Made by a program: the position numbers and the translations under genes. A stretch of DNA of 64,000 nt, from assembly GCA_027451365.1 (NCBI GenBank), contig DAIDJN010000058.1:1-64000 (forward strand), in the 5' to 3' direction. Shown in pieces: positions 9,721 through 19,783 of this stretch. The notes under the pieces are model-generated. The model was not told where the DNA came from. It did no database searches and saw only the letters and a program-made list of their open reading frames with translations. The stretch comes from Phycisphaerales bacterium (GTDB lineage: Bacteria > Planctomycetota > Phycisphaerae > WQYP01). Position 1 is the stretch's first letter. Each line of letters opens with the position of its first letter.

Positions 9721-10140
9721 AATCCAATCAAAAAATCATCAACACGCCGTCGGTGTCCCCCGGCGGCAAACCGGGAAGTATAGGCGAAAGCAGCGTGGTG
9801 GTAAATGACTCCGGACCCTATTTTTCATCTCCGATGCTTCAACCGAACCAGCGGGCGTCATTGCCCGCGGACAGGCAATACATCATAGGTTCTACACAAA
9901 GGATTTTCGCTGAAAAAGGCCGCGAAGATTCTTTCCGGCAATATTAGGCCTACATGCCGTTTATTAAAACATTTAAATCGTGTCCATTTCGGTTACACAC
10001 GCCAGGGATTTGTTCCAAAATTGTCCACAGCGCCTTGGGGTTTGCCAACAGGCATGATAATAACTTTGGGAATCACGCGCCCCAGATGCCCGGGATTGCG
10101 GCGGCTGTGGCGCGGCCACCCGTATTGTCCGAGCCGCAAA

Positions 10141-11214
10141 TCACGTTTTGGATTTGAGTTTTCCACGTATAAATTCCGCTCGTGCCGCCTTGCGAATGTC
10201 GCCTTCCGCTGCCCTTCCCATCAGCCGCTGCAAGTGGGCTGGCTGCGTCCGCAGGAAAAGCATATTGACTAAATTAATATCCAGGCCGGCAACGCGTTTC
10301 ATGGCGACGCCCAGCCGCAGATGCGATAAAAAATAGAGCGTTTCTTCGGTGGAAATCAGTCGGGCGTTCTGCAATACGCCGACCGCCCGGCCGATTTTGT
10401 CATCCAGTGTCAATGGCCGCTCTTGTTCAAGAATGGCCCGCGCATTGAGTTCCGCTGTAATCAACCTGGGAATTATTTCATCGCTGAATTCGCTAAGAAT
10501 TTCCTCTTCTGACCGCCCCAGCGTGGTCTGGTTGCTGATCTGGTAAAAATCACCAACAGCTTCAGTCCCTTCGCCAAACAGACCGCGAATGGCCAAATGC
10601 ATGTCCTTGGCGGCGCGAAATATCTTTTCAATATCTCCAGTCAGCTTAAGCGCCGGCAGGTGCATCATCACTGAAACCCGCATTCCTGTTCCAACATTGG
10701 TCGGACACGCGGTCAGAAAGCCGAACTTCCCGCTGTAGGCGAATTCCAATTGCTGTTGCAGGGCGCTATCCAGCGAATCGGCCACCCGCCAGCATTCGCG
10801 CAGTTGCACACCGGACCTAAGCACCTGAAGCCGCAGGTGGTCTTCCTCGTTAATCATGACACTTAAGCCCTCATCCGGACTTAATGCCACACCACGGCTG
10901 CCTTCGCCGCAGGCGTGTTGGCGGCTGATCAGATGCCGTTCCACCAGAATCTGGCGGTCCAGTTCTTCAGCCTGGTCAATATCCATATATGCAAGCCGCC
11001 AATCGCCGGGCAGACCAAGCAATCGCTGCTTGCAGGTCTGATGCAGTTCGTTGCGCTGACTGCGGTTAGCTTTGCTCATGAACGGAAATGCCGCCAGATT
11101 TCTGGCCAGCCGTACCCGCGAACTGATGACAACTTCCGCACGCGGGCCGGTAGCCGCCAGCCATTCGCCGTTGCCTGTTGTCAGATCGTTGATATTCATT
11201 TCACTCCAATCCAC
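10141..11214 (-). CDS. mcsB: Protein arginine kinase
   Basis: SSRVRLARN, LVERHLIS, MINEEDHLR, LTACPTNVGTG, YQISNQTTLG. Confidence 0.93.
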   Translation of the reverse strand: MDWSEMNINDLTTGNGEWLAATGPRAEVVISSRVRLARNLAAFPFMSKANRSQRNELHQTCKQRLLGLPGDWRLAYMDIDQAEELDRQILVERHLISRQHACGEGSRGVALSPDEGLSVMINEEDHLRLQVLRSGVQLRECWRVADSLDSALQQQLEFAYSGKFGFLTACPTNVGTGMRVSVMMHLPALKLTGDIEKIFRAAKDMHLAIRGLFGEGTEAVGDFYQISNQTTLGRSEEEILSEFSDEIIPRLITAELNARAILEQERPLTLDDKIGRAVGVLQNARLISTEETLYFLSHLRLGVAMKRVAGLDINLVNMLFLRTQPAHLQRLMGRAAEGDIRKAARAEFIRGKLKSKT

Positions 11215-11264
11215 TTCATCGTTGTGGGGGGGGGCGATTTCGACTGGCGACCCCGGCCGCGGTG

Positions 11265-11771
11265 TCAGTGGTTTAAATTTTCAAGGGAAGTAATTTCGTC
11301 CCTGAGTTTCGCAGCCTCTTCGTATGATTCGCGCTCCACCGCCTTGGCCAGTTGCTGCCTGAGTTTGCGAAGCTGGGCCTCGCGAAGTTTGACTCCGCTT
11401 TCCGGGTTCTGATTCGCCGTGCCAGGTGATTTTCCAGTGTGATGAGTGGCCCCATTCTGGGCACTTTCAATCACCCCCTGCAATTGCTGCGAGAAAAAAT
11501 CATAATCCTTCGGGCAGCCCAGCAATCCGGTATCCTTAAATTCTTTCCACGACATGCCGCAATCCGGACAGGACCGGGTTTCAATCTGCGCCGATTGCGT
11601 CTGTCCCTCAATAATGCTGGTAAGCATGTCCGTAACGGAAATATGCGCTTTTTGCATATAACCGGCCTCCACCGCGCAGTTTTCGCACAAATGCAGGGCG
11701 GAAATTCCGCCGGCCTTGCTTTTCTCGGTCAGATGAATTGTCGCTGCCTTGTTGCATCGGTCACATTTCAT
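11265..11771 (-). CDS. mcsA: McsA, zinc-finger and UVR-domain activator of McsB
   Basis: CDRC, CENC, CPDC, GCPKDY and C-terminal AVERESYEEAAKLRDEI; directly upstream of mcsB. Confidence 0.9.
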   Translation of the reverse strand: MKCDRCNKAATIHLTEKSKAGGISALHLCENCAVEAGYMQKAHISVTDMLTSIIEGQTQSAQIETRSCPDCGMSWKEFKDTGLLGCPKDYDFFSQQLQGVIESAQNGATHHTGKSPGTANQNPESGVKLREAQLRKLRQQLAKAVERESYEEAAKLRDEITSLENLNH

Positions 11772-11952
11772 CGGATCACCATTTCGATCAACTCAAATCA
11801 AGCGGCAAACGCTGGCGGTCAGGTTGAGATCCGCAAGCCCTTTGCCTGATTGATATTAGGACTTCTCGGCCCATGTTTCAACTGGCCGGCGCCAAATTCG
11901 CGAGCTCTTGGCGCAAAAATTGGCGTTTTTTCCCGTTTGGCTTAAATTAGCC

Positions 11953-12735
11953 ATGGTGATGAAGAAGCTCTTTACCGTTATTTTGCCCGCCGCCGGTAAT
12001 TCCACCCGCTTTGCGCTTGGTGATAAACTTCTGACGGAAATCAATGGTCGGTCCATTTTGCAAAGGTCTGTCGAGTTATTCACAACGCGAGACGATGTCG
12101 CGGCGATCATCCTGGCCACCGCACCAGAACGCTTTGCCGTATATGAAGATCATCTGAAAAAATTACTGCATGGCAAATCGCTGCATATTGTGGCGGGGGG
12201 GCGGGAACGCTGGGAAAGTGTCCACAAGGCGTTGTTCTGTGGCCAGGCAATTACCGATTTTGTCGCAATTCATGATGCGGCGCGCCCCCTGACGCCCAAC
12301 GCCGTCATTGACGCGGCCTTCGCCGCCGCCATCGAAACGGGCGCCGCGCTTCCTCTGCTTGCGGAACCCGCAACGCTTAAACGGGTGGATTCCGCCGGTC
12401 AGGTAACCGCTACGGTAAGCCGCAGTGGTCTGTATCAGGCCCAAACACCGCAGTGCTTTAACACAAAACTTCTCCAGCAGGCGTTCATTCAGGCGGTTGA
12501 AGCTGGCACGCTTCACGGGGTAACAGATGACGCTCAGATCGTAGAAATGACGGGCAAGCCCGTGCGGGCGACAACCGGTTCCGCCATCAATATAAAAATT
12601 ACTTTCGCCGAAGATTTGCAGCTCGCCGACGCCATTCTGCATGCCAATCGAAGCGGTGCGGCCTTGCAGTCCGCTTCTGTGCAAGCGGCATTTGATCCTG
12701 TTATTCGAACTCCGGAGTCGGGAGTGAAGCCTTGA
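11953..12735 (+). CDS. ispD: 2-C-methyl-D-erythritol 4-phosphate cytidylyltransferase
   Basis: LPAAGNSTRF, GGRERWESV, IHDAARP, AQTPQ, TDDA, NIKIT. Start at 11953 or 11959. Confidence 0.9.
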   Translation: MVMKKLFTVILPAAGNSTRFALGDKLLTEINGRSILQRSVELFTTRDDVAAIILATAPERFAVYEDHLKKLLHGKSLHIVAGGRERWESVHKALFCGQAITDFVAIHDAARPLTPNAVIDAAFAAAIETGAALPLLAEPATLKRVDSAGQVTATVSRSGLYQAQTPQCFNTKLLQQAFIQAVEAGTLHGVTDDAQIVEMTGKPVRATTGSAINIKITFAEDLQLADAILHANRSGAALQSASVQAAFDPVIRTPESGVKP

Positions 12736-14537
12736 CCCAGAATCAGAAAATCGCGGAATTATTTAGCCGGGCCGCCGATGTGCTGGCTTTGCTTGACGAA
12801 AACGCCTTTCGCGTGCTGGCCACTCGAAAGGTCGGGCGCATATTAGAGGATATAGCCGAAGACGTTTCAGCCCTTGCCGCGGCCGGCAAACTGGAGGAAA
12901 TTCCCGGCATCGGCGCGGCCTCCGCGGACAAAATACGGGAATATGTGCGAACCGGCCGAATTACTGAATTTGAACAAATTGCCGCGAGCGTTCCCGCCGG
13001 TGTCTTAAAAATGATGGCGATACCTTCGGTTGGACCAAAAACCGCCCATCTGCTCTGGAAAGAGGGAAATATTACCACGCTTGAGGAACTTAAAGCCCAT
13101 TTGACCTCCGGCACATTTCCGAAAATAAAGGGACTGGGCGAAAAAAAGCAGCTCCGCATTCAGGAAAATCTGGCCTTTATGGAGTCGTCGGCGACCCGTA
13201 TTGGCATTGGCTGGGCGTTGCCCCTGGCCAATGATTACCTGACGCTTATTCGCGCGATTCCTGGTGTGGATAGTGCGACGTTCTGTGGTTCGCTGCGCCG
13301 CGGAAAAGAAACCGTCGGCGATATAGATATTCTAATAGCCGCCGAAGCGGAGCTGGCCGCACCGATTACCAGGGCATTGCGCGATTCCTCATTGACCGGG
13401 GAAATAATTGCCGCCGGCGAGACAAAAATATCTCTGCGGGCAACCATGGGCCTGCAGGTTGATTTTCGGCTGGTGAAGCCGGAAAACTGGGGAGCGGCCC
13501 TGCAATATTTCACCGGCAGTCGGGAACACAATGTCCGCCTGCGCGAACTGGCGGAAAAAAAGGGATGGAAGCTAAACGAATGGGGGCTTTTTGACGGTCA
13601 AAAGGCCATCGCCGGCAAAACTGAAGAAGGAATCTATTCCGCCCTTGGCTTGGCATTTATTGAACCGGAACGCCGTGAAGACCGCGGCGAACTGGAATTG
13701 GCCCGGGCAATGCACACCAAAGATTCGGCGCATCTGCAGGGTGTGCGGAATCTGGAATTTCTAAAATCAGATGTGCCGACTCACTGGGAAATTCTGGATG
13801 CGGCACAATTTTGTGCCGACCTGCACATGCACACGACAGACTCGGATGGAAATGCGTCGCTTGAAGAAATGGTCGCCAAAGCCCGGTCACGGGGCTATTC
13901 CTATATCGCAATTACCAATCACAGCAAGTCGCAGGTGCAGGCCAACGGTCTTTCCGCCGCCCGCCTGTTGGAACATGTCGGTGCCATCCGCCGCCTTAAC
14001 GCCATGGTCAAGGATATGACCATTCTGGCTGGCAGCGAAGTGGACATTCTGGCCGACGGTTCGTTGGATTACCCGGATGAAATTCTGACGCAATTGGACT
14101 GGGTTGTCGCCTCGCCGCACATGGCGCTAAGTCAGGAGTCTCAGGCGGCAACGAATCGAATGGTCAAAGCCGCATCCAATCCGCTGGTGGATGTCATCGG
14201 GCATCCGACCGGTCGGCTTATCGGAGGGCGCAAAGGACTTGAAATGGATATCAGCCGGCTGGTTTTTGCGGCGGCTCGGAGCGGAACTGCCTTGGAAATA
14301 AACGCCACCGACCAGCGTCTGGACCTGCGCGATACCCATGCCCGACTGGCCATAGAGGCTCACGTTCCGTTGTGCATTAATACAGATGCGCATTCGACGC
14401 AGGATATGGATCGGTTGACCTTTGGAATTTTGACCGCCCGCCGTGCGTGGGCCAGAGCGGAAAATATTGTGAACACCTGGCCGCTCGAAAAAATGCTGGC
14501 GTGGCAGAAACGCCGCCGCGCCGCGGAAAACTGGTAA
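12732..14537 (+). CDS. polX: DNA polymerase X fused to a PHP 3'-5' exonuclease domain
   Basis: HhH motifs (IPGIG, IPSVGPK), GSLRRGKETVGDID, YFTGSREHN, LNEWGL; PHP motifs DLHMHT, GSEVDI, GHPTG, NTDAH. Confidence 0.93.
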   Translation: MTQNQKIAELFSRAADVLALLDENAFRVLATRKVGRILEDIAEDVSALAAAGKLEEIPGIGAASADKIREYVRTGRITEFEQIAASVPAGVLKMMAIPSVGPKTAHLLWKEGNITTLEELKAHLTSGTFPKIKGLGEKKQLRIQENLAFMESSATRIGIGWALPLANDYLTLIRAIPGVDSATFCGSLRRGKETVGDIDILIAAEAELAAPITRALRDSSLTGEIIAAGETKISLRATMGLQVDFRLVKPENWGAALQYFTGSREHNVRLRELAEKKGWKLNEWGLFDGQKAIAGKTEEGIYSALGLAFIEPERREDRGELELARAMHTKDSAHLQGVRNLEFLKSDVPTHWEILDAAQFCADLHMHTTDSDGNASLEEMVAKARSRGYSYIAITNHSKSQVQANGLSAARLLEHVGAIRRLNAMVKDMTILAGSEVDILADGSLDYPDEILTQLDWVVASPHMALSQESQAATNRMVKAASNPLVDVIGHPTGRLIGGRKGLEMDISRLVFAAARSGTALEINATDQRLDLRDTHARLAIEAHVPLCINTDAHSTQDMDRLTFGILTARRAWARAENIVNTWPLEKMLAWQKRRRAAENW

Positions 14538-14587
14538 ATTTTCAGGTTGGCCCGCCAATTCGCCGGAGGTTGCGCCAAAACTTTTCC

Positions 14588-17056
14588 TTATCGGAGTTGA
14601 ATGACCGGCGCCGGCGGCGGGGGTGGTGGCACATTTTGCGTCGTGGGCGTAACCGGCGGGGGGCTGCCCGCAGTTGAGACTGTTGCCGGAACCGCCGGTT
14701 GACCGGCGGGTTTGTTGGGCGAAGCAGTGGCAATGGTCGGTTTGGCCGGTTTGGTCGGCGGCAAACGCAGATACAGCAGAATATTTTCCGCAAGTGATTG
14801 CGCATCCCCAGGAGTCAACCCCGCAATGCTCCAGGTCTGGCTGCCCAACAGGCCGCAGCTGACATCATACGGGGTATAAAGCACGACCCATCGCCCGTGC
14901 CGTTTGATCCCCATCATATCCACCGTATTTCTCGCTTTATGGGTGTCCAGAAAGTATTTGCGATATGTCACTGATTTCAGTGCGACCATCCCTGGCACAG
15001 ATCCATTCAAAATTCGCGAAGTTGCTGGAACGGCCTGGAATTTATGCTTCGGAAAAATGTTTTGCATGACCTTTATAAATGAATCCCCCCATGCCGCTTC
15101 GCCGCCAATCGCATCCGCAAACAGCGTTCCCCCATGTTCAAGATACGCCTTAAGTTCCTTTTGCTGTTGGGAATCCGGTTGCCACACGCCAGTGCCGGTG
15201 GCATGCAGCATTTGCATTTTTGCCGGATCAAGCCCGGAATAGCCCACCACTTTCAGATTGACTGTCATATTGTGGTGCAAAGCCATTAGCCGGCCCAGTC
15301 GCGGCCAGGCCCCCGGTTCCGGGTTCCAGTTGCCCGCATATTTTAAAAGTCCGACGGTCATAGACTCGGTTGGCGGTGTGGTCGGCGACGGAACGTAGAC
15401 CGATTGCAGCCGGTTGGCGATATATCCCTTGCCTGTGGCGTAAAGATAAAGATTTTCAGGCAGTTCCCAAGCGGTTTTGTGTGCCATCGCGTGACGCTGC
15501 CATATTTCCCCCAGGTCAGTTGGGCAAATGATCCAAGTGTACCGTACGCCATTGGAAAGCCCCAGCAATGGCACATGGAAATTGGCCCATGGTTCAATCG
15601 TGTAAATCGGGCTTTTTGAAGATAGCTTATGGAATTCATATTGACCGCCGGAAGCCAGTTGCCCATCCTGAATCATGGCGTTTTTAAAACCGAGCGATGC
15701 CTGATTGCATGTGCAGAAAATAATGCCGCCGGCATCGGTAAATGCTCGAAATTTGGCGATCTGCTCGGGTGTGAATTTCGGATCCACATAACCGCTAAGA
15801 AATAGTATCGGTGAATCCAGCCATTGCTTCACCGGGGAACTTAGCTTAACCACCTGCCAATTCAGCGCCACGCCGGTGCTGCGACTGACTGAAGATGTCA
15901 GGCTTGCGACATCCCATTGGCGGGAATTCCATTTACCCAGGTAACGCTTTCCGTACTCAAGCTTATTCATGAATACCGGATTCAGACCACGGGTCAGAAT
16001 CAGCAGCGCGTAAGCGGTCGCCGTATTGGAACTTGCCAGATAGAAATCTGGCCGCCAGCTTCCGTCCGGCCATTGAGTCTGAACCAGTTGATCGGCAAAA
16101 TCCTGATACCAATTGTGCTTATTGAAAATCTTAATGCCTGTCGCAAGTCCCGCGCGCAGCACACTGTACATGGAATAGGTGTTCTGGTTCATTGGATTGA
16201 AATTTGCGTTCATCCATTTTACGGCCATGGACACGGCATGATCTGGCTTTGGCCGCACCACGGTTTCGCCGACCTGCATGAATTCATCCGCCATGAGCAG
16301 GCTGGCCAGTCCGGCCGGGGTGAAGGTTTGCGCGCGTGCAGTAGGCTTGGTGGGCCGACCTTTCACACCCCAATACCCCCATTCCCCATCGCCATACTGG
16401 CAACCGCGCCAATGTCTGGATTCCTTGTACCAGAACCCCCGCGGAATGGGGATGCCCGCATGTTGGCACGCCCAGATTCCCAGAACTCCATTCTGGGTGT
16501 TGGAATTGTCCCAGTCTCCGCCAGAGCGCGGAAAACCCTTTGGCTTGGCCGGATAAAAAGCATAGGAAAATCCGCCGTCTTCATGGGCCGAGCCTAAAAG
16601 GAAACCACGGTCGTAATAAAGGGTGGTTCGCACATGCCAATTCCGCTTTTGCGGAAGAAAATCTAAGGCACCCGCCTGAAAGGCTGAAACATAAGTGCAA
16701 TGGCTGCGCAATTTGATTACATATTTTATGGCCGCCTGCATTTTCGGCTTGAATAAATTAAGTCTCCGCAAATGCAGACTTTGCTGCACATAAAGCAGCG
16801 ATTCAAGAACCAATGCCGATTCCCCGCCATTTTCCTCCGCGACTACTCCATTGCTGTTGGGACCATGCGCACCTTCTTCCCACATGGTCTTGGGCTGTTG
16901 TTGAGCCAGCAGAAAGCCGACGCCCTTGCGAATGGCCGCGATGACCTGTGCGCTCGTCGCATGGGTTGCGCCCCGCGCCGAGGTGGTGAGAGCCAGCAGG
17001 ATCGCCGCAGTCAGTACGAATTGCCAACAGCCTGATCTTATCGTGAATCGATCCAT
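14588..17056 (-). CDS. Secreted prenyltransferase/squalene-cyclase-repeat protein with two DUF4159-like domains and a Pro/Thr-rich tail
   Basis: Signal peptide; AIRKGVGFLLAQQ, DNSNTQNGVLGIWA, QYGDGEW, QWPDGSW repeats; twin domains SPILFLSG...AGGIIF and MLHATG...HGGTLFADA. Confidence 0.75.
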   Translation of the reverse strand: MDRFTIRSGCWQFVLTAAILLALTTSARGATHATSAQVIAAIRKGVGFLLAQQQPKTMWEEGAHGPNSNGVVAEENGGESALVLESLLYVQQSLHLRRLNLFKPKMQAAIKYVIKLRSHCTYVSAFQAGALDFLPQKRNWHVRTTLYYDRGFLLGSAHEDGGFSYAFYPAKPKGFPRSGGDWDNSNTQNGVLGIWACQHAGIPIPRGFWYKESRHWRGCQYGDGEWGYWGVKGRPTKPTARAQTFTPAGLASLLMADEFMQVGETVVRPKPDHAVSMAVKWMNANFNPMNQNTYSMYSVLRAGLATGIKIFNKHNWYQDFADQLVQTQWPDGSWRPDFYLASSNTATAYALLILTRGLNPVFMNKLEYGKRYLGKWNSRQWDVASLTSSVSRSTGVALNWQVVKLSSPVKQWLDSPILFLSGYVDPKFTPEQIAKFRAFTDAGGIIFCTCNQASLGFKNAMIQDGQLASGGQYEFHKLSSKSPIYTIEPWANFHVPLLGLSNGVRYTWIICPTDLGEIWQRHAMAHKTAWELPENLYLYATGKGYIANRLQSVYVPSPTTPPTESMTVGLLKYAGNWNPEPGAWPRLGRLMALHHNMTVNLKVVGYSGLDPAKMQMLHATGTGVWQPDSQQQKELKAYLEHGGTLFADAIGGEAAWGDSFIKVMQNIFPKHKFQAVPATSRILNGSVPGMVALKSVTYRKYFLDTHKARNTVDMMGIKRHGRWVVLYTPYDVSCGLLGSQTWSIAGLTPGDAQSLAENILLYLRLPPTKPAKPTIATASPNKPAGQPAVPATVSTAGSPPPVTPTTQNVPPPPPPAPVIQLR

Positions 17057-17251
17057 AAAGTTTCAAACCTCCAGGATTGTGCTTCTGATCGCCAAAGGAT
17101 ACTCCGCCGCCATGGATTTAATTAAGTCTATTTACATAGTATGCCGTCGGTGGCCCCCTTCGGCAAGTGACCGAATTGGCGAATCGTTGCCCACGGCGGC
17201 CCTTCGCCGCGTATAATCAGCAGTGGCGTTCCTGAATAGAAGGAGTTTTGA

Positions 17252-18475
17252 GTGATTATCATGCTGGACGCAACCCCACTGGTGACACGCAATATCAGCG
17301 GCGTTCAGCAACATGCGCGAAATATTGTCAGTGAATGGTCGCAACAGCGGGTCGAACATAAATTCATACTGCTGATTAATCAGCATTCCGCCCAGGATCC
17401 GGCCTGCGATCTTAGCTTTGTCAAAGGGCTGAACCCCGACTTTTCCATTCGCTTCTTTCGGCCCAGCGCACGGGGATGGCTGAAACATGAGGCCACTCGG
17501 CTGCCATTTCTTTCGGGATTATCCCAAGGGGCCGCGGATGCTGCCAATGTCTATCACAGCTTTTCCCCGGATATCTCCGCCTTTTCCGAACTTCCTGCCG
17601 CACCGATCTGCCATACGATCCACGACTTGTCCTGTGAGCTTGATCCCGCGGTGCGTTCTTTGCCCGCGGCCGCCGAAGACCGCCGCATATACCGTCAGGC
17701 CGTTAAAAAGGCGGCTTGTACGATAACCGTCTCCCTTCGTACGATGGATGACATAATCAGTCTGTATCATCCACCGCGTCAGCAGGTGCACGTGGTTTCC
17801 AATGGCTTAAATCCCGTCTTCAATGCGGCACCCGACCCAGTCGCTCGCCAGCGACTGGCCGACCGATGCGGTCCTCTTGGGCGCTACGTTCTGGTCGTCG
17901 GGGCGGATATTCCCCGCAGAAACTACGCGCGCCTATGGGAAGCGATGCGGGGCGTCTGGCGAACCGAACCGGGACTTCGACTTGTGCTTGCGGGAAGAAA
18001 CCCATGGTCGCAAACGCCGGTCCATCAGAAGGTCATGGAACAGGGGTTTAAAGAACGCGTGACTTTCATTGAATCACCTGATGACAGTGAACTTGCCGAA
18101 CTTTATCGCAATGCCGAGCTTACCTGCTGCGGATCAAGTTTCGAAGGATTCGGACTTTCCGTTCTTGAGGCCATGGCCTGCGGCTCAGCCGTGGCTTGCA
18201 GCCATATGCGATCTCTGGAAGCTCTGGCCGGAAACTCAGTGGTTTATTTTTCCCATGATGACGTGCGGATGATTACTGAATCCATTCTCGCCCTGATCCA
18301 GGATCCGGAATACCGCAGGCAGCTTCGCAGTCGGGCTTTGGCCCGCACGGCACTTTATTCCTGGGCGCGGTCAGCCCGGACCTTGATGGAGCTTTTCGAA
18401 AAAATCGCGACCCGCCGGACCAATGCCGTTCATGAGCCGGCACATTTGCAATCGCCGCCTTCACAGACTGTCTAA
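17252..18475 (+). CDS. Glycosyltransferase family 4 (group 1)
   Basis: TIHDL, ITVS, PRRN, SFEGFGLSVLEAMACG (EX7E motif). Confidence 0.9.
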   Translation: MIIMLDATPLVTRNISGVQQHARNIVSEWSQQRVEHKFILLINQHSAQDPACDLSFVKGLNPDFSIRFFRPSARGWLKHEATRLPFLSGLSQGAADAANVYHSFSPDISAFSELPAAPICHTIHDLSCELDPAVRSLPAAAEDRRIYRQAVKKAACTITVSLRTMDDIISLYHPPRQQVHVVSNGLNPVFNAAPDPVARQRLADRCGPLGRYVLVVGADIPRRNYARLWEAMRGVWRTEPGLRLVLAGRNPWSQTPVHQKVMEQGFKERVTFIESPDDSELAELYRNAELTCCGSSFEGFGLSVLEAMACGSAVACSHMRSLEALAGNSVVYFSHDDVRMITESILALIQDPEYRRQLRSRALARTALYSWARSARTLMELFEKIATRRTNAVHEPAHLQSPPSQTV

Positions 18476-18505
18476 CTGCCGCCGTTTCGGTTAAATTTTC
18501 GAGTT

Positions 18506-19522
18506 ATGGAAAACGAGAAGAAAATTTCCCCACCGGAAGACAATCAGCCCAAGCCGCGAACCCTTACCGGTAATGCGCCCGTGCGCGAAACGCCGCTTCT
18601 CCCCCCAATGGCGATTGTGAAAACGCCCTATTTTCATCTGCTGGGCTATAGCGTTGCCGGTGAAGAAACCGCGATTCAGGTCCCCGAACTGAATGTGGTG
18701 TTTGATATCGGCAAATGCCCGCGTCCCATGCTAACCAGCGACTTTTGTCTGCTTTCGCATGGGCATATCGACCATAGCGCCGGAATAGTTTATTACCTTT
18801 CCCAGCGATTTTTTCAGGGCATGATTCCCGGCACGATTCTTTGCCCCAAGTCCATTGCCGATGGACTTTCCGGAATCATTCGCGCCTGGGCGGCCCTGGA
18901 AGGCAAAGTGACTGAACATCGGCTTGTTCCCATGCAGCCTGGGGACGAATTTGAAATTCGCCGTGGCCTTATTGCACGCGCTTTTGCCACGCGTCATACC
19001 GTCGCCTCTCTTGGGTTTACGCTTATCGACCGCCGGGAAAAACTTAAGCCGGAACTGGCCGCTCAAAACCTTCCGGGACATATTTTGCGCGACATGAAGG
19101 CTCGCGGTGAAAAAATCACTTACACGCTTGATGTTCCACTGGTGGCCTACACCGGCGACACAAGCATGGGTGAAACACTGCTTCAGGATGGCGTGCGCGA
19201 CGCGCGCGTTCTGATTACTGAATGCACTTTTTTTGAACAGGGCCATCGCAAGCGGGCCGCCGTCGGTCAGCACATGCACCTGCGCGACCTGGTCGAGGTC
19301 CTGCCGCAACTGCAGAATGAACTCGTGCTGATTTCCCATGTGTCACGGCGCACCTATGTCGGATGGGCCGCCCGTCAGCTTGCCAAGGCGGTCGAGGGGC
19401 TTCAAATTGTCCCGCGGGTTGAATTTCTGATGGACCACGTTCAACGGCTGGACGTTCGGCCCGGCAAGGCGGCACACTTTGTTCCGCCTGAGCCAGCAAG
19501 TCAGACGGAACAGGACGATTAG
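18506..19522 (+). CDS. Metallo-beta-lactamase hydrolase, TM/plant-type RNase Z-like
   Basis: GYSVAGEET, FDIG, SHGHIDH, KLKPE flexible arm, AYTGDT, TECTF, HMH, HVSRR. Confidence 0.8.
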   Translation: MENEKKISPPEDNQPKPRTLTGNAPVRETPLLPPMAIVKTPYFHLLGYSVAGEETAIQVPELNVVFDIGKCPRPMLTSDFCLLSHGHIDHSAGIVYYLSQRFFQGMIPGTILCPKSIADGLSGIIRAWAALEGKVTEHRLVPMQPGDEFEIRRGLIARAFATRHTVASLGFTLIDRREKLKPELAAQNLPGHILRDMKARGEKITYTLDVPLVAYTGDTSMGETLLQDGVRDARVLITECTFFEQGHRKRAAVGQHMHLRDLVEVLPQLQNELVLISHVSRRTYVGWAARQLAKAVEGLQIVPRVEFLMDHVQRLDVRPGKAAHFVPPEPASQTEQDD

Positions 19523-19783
19523 GTCATGGGGTCCTGATCCCTTCAGGCGCGGCGAATGTGTGAACAGCACGTGCCGCGACGGAATACCGCTGAACACATC
19601 GCACGGCACGGCCTTTTTAACGCGATGGGGCAAATTTGCCCGCGAACCGGCGGCCCGTTCCACCGTTCCGCCAGCCTGCTTTACCTTCCGGCCCAAACCA
19701 CACTATGATACCTCTGCCCGGCGGTCCGCTGTTTGCGCATGACTTCGGCTGCGGCTCAGGCACCTGTTTGCAGGAGGTTCGTT

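Noticed and set aside
14588..17056. Squalene-hopene cyclase assignment
   Set aside because: It has a signal peptide, lacks DXDD and has only one barrel plus unrelated C-terminal domains.
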